A stretch of DNA of 64,000 bases from an uncultured Nitrososphaerota archaeon (GTDB lineage: Archaea > Korarchaeota > Korarchaeia > Korarchaeales > Korarchaeaceae), in contig CAZUBM010000005.1 of NCBI GenBank assembly GCA_964618805.1, positions 32,094 through 96,093 of the forward strand. The letters are read 5' to 3'. Shown here in pieces: positions 59,486-64,000 of the stretch. Every line of letters starts with the position of its first letter. Within the stretch, counting starts at the first letter, position 1. The notes under the pieces are model-generated. The model searched no databases, was not told the origin of the DNA, and saw only the letters and a list, made by a program, of their open reading frames with translations. The position numbers were made by a program, and so were the translations under genes.

Positions 59486-59496
59486 ACCACCGGCCC
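59421..59496 (-). tRNA. tRNA-Val(GAC)
   Basis: Reverse complement GGGCCGGTGGTCTAGTGG...CCGCC-TTGACGA-GGCGG...GGTTCGATTCC..CCGGCCCACCA. Confidence 0.96.
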
Positions 59497-59593
59497 TTGG
59501 TTTAGTTTCTTAGTAATTTAATAATGTTTATTGAGCTTTGGATGATGCTCTCTTAAATTCTCCCCCAATGAATAAATGTCTTACTTCCAAAAT

Positions 59594-59670
59594 GGGCGGG
59601 GCTCAGTACTCAAGATCACGCTCATCGAGTTAAACATCTCACCGGGCTCGAACCGATCCTTGCCCCACCC
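59594..59670 (-). ncRNA. Putative box C/D guide sRNA
   Basis: Terminal stem GGGUGGGGC/GCCCCGCCC, degenerate C (AGGAUC), D' GUGA, C' CGAUGA, D CUGA; D guide GAUCUUGAGUA complementary to an ACUCAAGAUC anticodon arm. Confidence 0.55.
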
Positions 59671-59717
59671 TCTTAAAAGAGAAAATTATAAACCTAAAAA
59701 TTTCATCGTCATGCTTT

Positions 59718-60884
59718 TCAGTTACTGGTCATCTCCACAAGCTTAAGTGCACTTTCTGTGAAGTAATACCTAACTCCCTTTTTAATAATGAGATTTTGGG
59801 CTCTCAGTTCATTTAAAATGGATTTCACGTCGGTTAAAGATAAAGCCATAGCTTCTGCTGCCTCTATCAAAGAAAAGAACTTTCTTTGCCCTATTCTAGC
59901 CCTAATTCTCTTCAGATACTCCTCATATTTGGGAGTTGTCTCCTCTTTCTCTTTATCTTTAACATCCTTCCTTGCTCCCCTTAACGTCTTTACCACTTTC
60001 CTAACCTCTTTGTCCTCTAGACTTGGGGCAGTAAGAAGGATATTTCTAAAGATCTGCATTAACTTTCTGGGATTGCCCTTGGATAATTTATTTAACTCTG
60101 AAATCGTTTCTTTGCTTAAGAAATAGTTTCCAAGAATTGATTCTCCTTCTTTAAAATCAAAAACTAGTTTTAGCCGGCGGTTGATTATCTCCATAGCCTC
60201 ATCATCAGTGATGTTTTTTACTTTGATTACGGTTGGAGGAGGATTAAAGCCCCATAACAAATGTTTGATGGCCTCATAAGCCTTTGGTATGCAAGCTATT
60301 ACTATCATTTTCCCATCAGATAGGGCGTTATATAGGGATACAAGGTATTTCGTGAAAGCTTTTGTGTCCTCCTCGGAATTATTCAATATCACGTTCTCTA
60401 TCTCATCTATCAGAAGGATGGCCTCCTTCCTTTTGTTCATCATAGAGGCGGCCTCTTTGGCTGCTGTCTCTGGATCACCAGCATACCCGTTTGATTTTCT
60501 TCCAGCAAGGGAAAGAATAACTTTCTTTAAGTATCTGGCCGGAATTATTTCAAGCGAATGCAAAGCTGCTTCTATTCCTTTCATCACATCACGGGAATCT
60601 TGAGAATCTACTTTTATGTAGATACAGGGGACTTCTTCGAGCGTTTCATAAAGAAGCCTTAATCTGTGAGTTTTTCCGCTCCCAAACTCACCAACTAAAA
60701 AGACTAGGTTCTTCTTTTTGTTTTCTAAGAAGTTCTTAATAGTGTTCCAAAAAGTCTTATCGGTTTCCGTCCATACGTGAAAATTACCAACAGATTTTAA
60801 ACTCTCACTTGAGAGATGAATAAATGGATTATACTTCAATAGCCATCTTAGGTAGGCACTTTCATCTATGTTTGTTCCCATCAT
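59718..60884 (-). CDS. P-loop AAA+ ATPase with C-terminal winged helix, uncharacterised
   Basis: YNPF N-terminal motif, GEFGSGKT Walker A, LLIDEIE Walker B, GNPR sensor-like, C-terminal wHTH. Confidence 0.75.
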   Translation of the reverse strand: MMGTNIDESAYLRWLLKYNPFIHLSSESLKSVGNFHVWTETDKTFWNTIKNFLENKKKNLVFLVGEFGSGKTHRLRLLYETLEEVPCIYIKVDSQDSRDVMKGIEAALHSLEIIPARYLKKVILSLAGRKSNGYAGDPETAAKEAASMMNKRKEAILLIDEIENVILNNSEEDTKAFTKYLVSLYNALSDGKMIVIACIPKAYEAIKHLLWGFNPPPTVIKVKNITDDEAMEIINRRLKLVFDFKEGESILGNYFLSKETISELNKLSKGNPRKLMQIFRNILLTAPSLEDKEVRKVVKTLRGARKDVKDKEKEETTPKYEEYLKRIRARIGQRKFFSLIEAAEAMALSLTDVKSILNELRAQNLIIKKGVRYYFTESALKLVEMTSN

Positions 60885-61002
60885 CTATGTGATACCTCTT
60901 GGGGCTTCGCTTATAGTATTGACTGACCTAATACTTAAACGAGATTCACATTATGACAATTATCTTTAAGATGCTGCCTTGTGGAATGTGTGGTGATCCA
61001 GC

Positions 61003-62136
61003 TTGAACAAACGAAAAACTATGATCCTTAATGTAATTACAATAGTCTGGCTCTTTACTGTTTTAATAGGACCTTTAGAGGCCACCCCCGAAATGAGGGT
61101 CCTTGGTGTTGCAGATGCTTCGCTTTACTTCATAGATGAGAAAAACATCAATGTTGTGATTAATTACACTTCATATTATGTTTCAGGAGCTGCTTTAGCT
61201 GTCATCTTCGACAATGAGACTTTAAGAGAGCACCTGAGAAGTAGATTGATCAGCTATGTAAAAGAGATTTGCGCTGGTGCTGCTGAACCAAAAGAAACTA
61301 ATGCTATTAAATTTAAGAAAGAAGTAGAGCCCAGAGCTGACTTTATAAAAGGACAAAACTGGAGCAGGATCTCAATAAGCTTCAACCTTACTGGAGAGGG
61401 AGAGCCCGTCCTCGGAAAAACGGGAGAATATTGGGCCCATTATGAGTTTAGAGGAGGATTTCTTCAGTTAATAAGGGGAGGAGTCCTCCAGTGGTTGACA
61501 ACTGTAAGACCTCCTCTCCCATTAGTTCTAATAGATGTCTTAAAACTTACTATAACGCTTCCGAAAGGATATTCTGCAATACAAGTCATTCCTAGACAGT
61601 CTTCAGCCTATGTTGATTGGAATAATGATAGGGTAATCTTGGTTTGGTTATTTAGGGATCCCTCAATTGAAAAAAGAAGCCCAACAGTAACAGGAATTCA
61701 GAACTTATATCTCGACATAAAGAGCTTGGGCGAAGATGAAAGGAAATACCTGGAAAGACTTGAGTATTTAGAGAACAGGTTAAGAAAAGATTTAGCTTAC
61801 TCAATCAATCATGAGAAAGCTTTAAACTTACTAGAAAAAGTTTCACTTGCCAGACATGAGGAAAGGGCGTTTCAGATTTTAAGTGAAAGCTATATTGAAG
61901 AGCTTATTTCCGAAGCAGAAGGGTTCCTGAGAAAGACCTTCATGTTCAAATTACTTGTAGCAAGTTTGCCGCTAGCATCTATTTTGTTTTCTGCACTCGT
62001 CTTGTATAAAGGAAGGTGTTTAAGTTATTTTGGAAAACTTTTCAGGAGAACCTCTCAACTAACTGGGGAGTCTGAAAAGATTATGAACTTAGATCCTCAA
62101 TTTATAACTAATTATGGAATACCTTCCTGCCATTAA
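61003..62136 (+). CDS. Hypothetical secreted/membrane-anchored protein
   Basis: N-terminal signal-like helix, N-glycosylation sequons, C-terminal TM. Confidence 0.65.
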   Translation: MNKRKTMILNVITIVWLFTVLIGPLEATPEMRVLGVADASLYFIDEKNINVVINYTSYYVSGAALAVIFDNETLREHLRSRLISYVKEICAGAAEPKETNAIKFKKEVEPRADFIKGQNWSRISISFNLTGEGEPVLGKTGEYWAHYEFRGGFLQLIRGGVLQWLTTVRPPLPLVLIDVLKLTITLPKGYSAIQVIPRQSSAYVDWNNDRVILVWLFRDPSIEKRSPTVTGIQNLYLDIKSLGEDERKYLERLEYLENRLRKDLAYSINHEKALNLLEKVSLARHEERAFQILSESYIEELISEAEGFLRKTFMFKLLVASLPLASILFSALVLYKGRCLSYFGKLFRRTSQLTGESEKIMNLDPQFITNYGIPSCH

Positions 62137-63331
62137 TTTGAGAAAGATCATAAAGGATGAAGAAAAGCTGATGCCTAGTCATCTTCCTCCCTCTCTTCCT
62201 CATAGAGGAAAAGAAATAGAAGCCCTAGAGGTAGCATTTAGTTCTTTAAAGGAAAACCCAGATAGTTCAGGTCCTGTGGTCCTAATAAAGGGAAAGATTG
62301 GTGTTGGAAAGACGGCAGTTTCTAGATTCTTTGTAAAGAACTTTACTAAAGAGCTTGGTGGCATATTTCAGCCAGCATATGTAAATTGCAAGAGAAAAGG
62401 TTCACCAAACCTGGTTCTGAGAGAGATCATAAAGACAATTTATCCCGAATTTCCTTCTAGAGGATTAAGTCTGGCAGAATGGCTATCGGCGCTAGAAGAT
62501 GCGCTTATAGCCTCTAAAAAGAGGGTTTTCATAATATTAGATGAGCTTCAAGAGCTCAGAGGCAGTGAAAAAGAGGGAGAAGAACTAATCTATGGGATAT
62601 TTAGGATGCACGAAGGGAGCCCGGTTAACCCTCCTCCTGTCATCCTGATCGTTCGAGAGTGGTTTCCACCTTATTTGCTTAAACCAACTCTATGGAGCTT
62701 CATAACACTTAAAATGACTTTTGAACCTTATTCGAAGGAACAACTCTTTGATATACTGAAATATAGAGCTGGACTTGCTCTTAGAGAGGGCTCTTATGAC
62801 GAAGAGATATTGGAACAAATAGCAGAGTTAGCATCTAGACCAAACAAGGGTTCTGCTAGATATGCTATAGGCTTACTGCATCAGGCTGCCCTTCTAGCTG
62901 AGATGGATGGTAGTGATAGGATATTGCCTGAGCATGTGAGGATAGCCGGATCCTTTGACAAACCCATGGAGGAAAGGCAGTTTGCTGATGAGGAAATTAG
63001 AGATCTTCCATTACATGAAAAAATACTCCTGTTAGCTGTCTCTAGGACGCTGATAAAGAGTCAAGATGTTCTTGTTCGTATGGGTAAGGTGGAGGAGGAA
63101 TATCGAGTTATTTGTGAGGAATATGGAGTCCCTCCATACGGTCATACTGCAGTGTGGCGAAGAATCAGAAGCCTCGGAGAAAGAGGTTTTATTGAATTGA
63201 AAAAGTCTGGAAAGGGATATAGGGGTCAAACTACTCTAATCGGCATGAATGCCTTTCCAGCTAAATCTCTGGAGGAAAGAGTGAGGCAACTCATTGAAAG
63301 CGCGATAGTTGGTGAAGATATGAATGTCTAA
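62114..63331 (+). CDS. cdc6: Orc1/Cdc6 replication initiator
   Basis: LPHRGKEI, GKIGVGKT, YVNC, IILDE, FEPYSKEQL..IL, GSARYAI, G.RGQTTLI wing. Confidence 0.92.
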   Translation: MEYLPAINLRKIIKDEEKLMPSHLPPSLPHRGKEIEALEVAFSSLKENPDSSGPVVLIKGKIGVGKTAVSRFFVKNFTKELGGIFQPAYVNCKRKGSPNLVLREIIKTIYPEFPSRGLSLAEWLSALEDALIASKKRVFIILDELQELRGSEKEGEELIYGIFRMHEGSPVNPPPVILIVREWFPPYLLKPTLWSFITLKMTFEPYSKEQLFDILKYRAGLALREGSYDEEILEQIAELASRPNKGSARYAIGLLHQAALLAEMDGSDRILPEHVRIAGSFDKPMEERQFADEEIRDLPLHEKILLLAVSRTLIKSQDVLVRMGKVEEEYRVICEEYGVPPYGHTAVWRRIRSLGERGFIELKKSGKGYRGQTTLIGMNAFPAKSLEERVRQLIESAIVGEDMNV

Positions 63332-63617
63332 ACTTGATCAGAAATCATCTTTTGAGTTAATTGAACGAAGTCTTTCATCAAGAGGAAGGATCAGGCTTCT
63401 ATACCTGCTAGCCAAATTTGAAATGCTAAATATAACAAGTCTTGCTAAAGAGGCTCACCTCAGTTTTGAGGTAACAAGAAGGCACTTAACCAGTTTATTA
63501 GAGCTTGGAATTGTAGAAGAACATAGGCTCGGGAGAATTAGGGTTTTTCGACTGAATAAGAAGCATCCAATTACTAAAAAGATACTTGCTTTATTTTCTC
63601 TAAAGGAGAAGGGATAA
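63324..63617 (+). CDS. ArsR-like winged-helix protein
   Basis: LSSRGRIRLL, NITSLA, HL..L..LGIVEE..GRIR; overlaps cdc6 stop. Confidence 0.8.
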   Translation: MSKLDQKSSFELIERSLSSRGRIRLLYLLAKFEMLNITSLAKEAHLSFEVTRRHLTSLLELGIVEEHRLGRIRVFRLNKKHPITKKILALFSLKEKG

Positions 63618-63625
63618 GGTGGAGG

Positions 63626-64000
63626 TTAACCGATAATTTCCTTTAACTTTTCCTTAGGAACTCCTATTTCGTGAGAAATATAATCTAAAATACGTCCCTT
63701 CCTCTTGATGTCCTCTCTAATTATTGGAAATATCTCTTCTATTACTTTTGATGAAGATATGTGAAGTTTTTTGGCTAACATTAAGGCTATATCCTTTGCC
63801 TCTTTTCTTACTTCCTTAGTTGCAGATCTCCTTCTAATGATATCGGGGAACCTAAATTTAATCCAACCAGTTGGCTTTTGTCCTTTTGAGGAGCATACAC
63901 CAAAAGTCATCATATCAATGGAGTATGCAAGAAGACCCATTTTGCCTGTTTCTGAAGCCCTCTTGAAGAACAGATCTGCCTCAGATAGAGCATCGTATGC
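63626..64000 (-). CDS. rfcL: Replication factor C large subunit, 3' part
   Basis: AYDALSEADLF readable at the window edge, then AYSIDMMTFGV...FRFP...LAKKLHISSSKV..EIFP typical of the RfcL C-terminus; junction between the two segments appears frameshifted. Confidence 0.7.
   Translation of the reverse strand, partial: AYDALSEADLFFKRASETGKMGLLAYSIDMMTFGVCSSKGQKPTGWIKFRFPDIIRRRSATKEVRKEAKDIALMLAKKLHISSSKVIEEIFPIIREDIKRKGRILDYISHEIGVPKEKLKEIIG

Noticed and set aside
59594-59670. Split or permuted tRNA, or tmRNA-like element (T-arm-like AUCGG-UUCGAGC-CCGGU)
   Set aside because: No acceptor, D or anticodon arms can be assembled; the C/D interpretation fits better
60885-61002. Replication origin near cdc6
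   Set aside because: No ORB or mini-ORB repeats recognised; a lone CAGTGGAAA near 38146 is insufficient
673-63229. Numerous 60-224 aa ORFs opposite or within recognised genes
   Set aside because: Shadow ORFs with Ser/Phe/Leu-rich antisense composition and no motifs
1-64000. CRISPR array or cas genes
   Set aside because: No regularly spaced direct repeats and no Cas motifs seen

Overview
Gene-dense core chromosome of a TACK-type archaeon. Rpo8, a PolB1-type polymerase, eS26, an unlinked 5S rRNA and a cbf5 intron together suggest a Korarchaeota/Thermoproteota-like organism (inference). Contents: translation genes (ileS, aspS, gatDE, pelota, two separated blocks of the S10/spc ribosomal cluster, secY), replication genes (polB1, cdc6, rfcL fragment), dnaG, mevalonate and IOR genes, 5S rRNA, four tRNAs and a decayed ~4.4 kb accessory island (frameshifted ABC exporter, integrase pseudogene). 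Signals not captured by the ORF track: a 33-nt bulge-helix-bulge intron splitting the catalytic Asp codon of cbf5, a candidate H/ACA guide RNA, a candidate C/D guide predicted to target C34 of tRNA-Leu(CAA), uS14, and a probable ~17 kb inversion separating uS17 from uL14. The best candidate for an undescribed system is a divergent TFB paralog (no B-reader, altered BRE helix) overlapping a membrane-anchored HerA/VirB4-type (CedB-like) ATPase, possibly with an unlinked VirB2-like pilin. All calls come from reading motifs by eye; no database searches were run.
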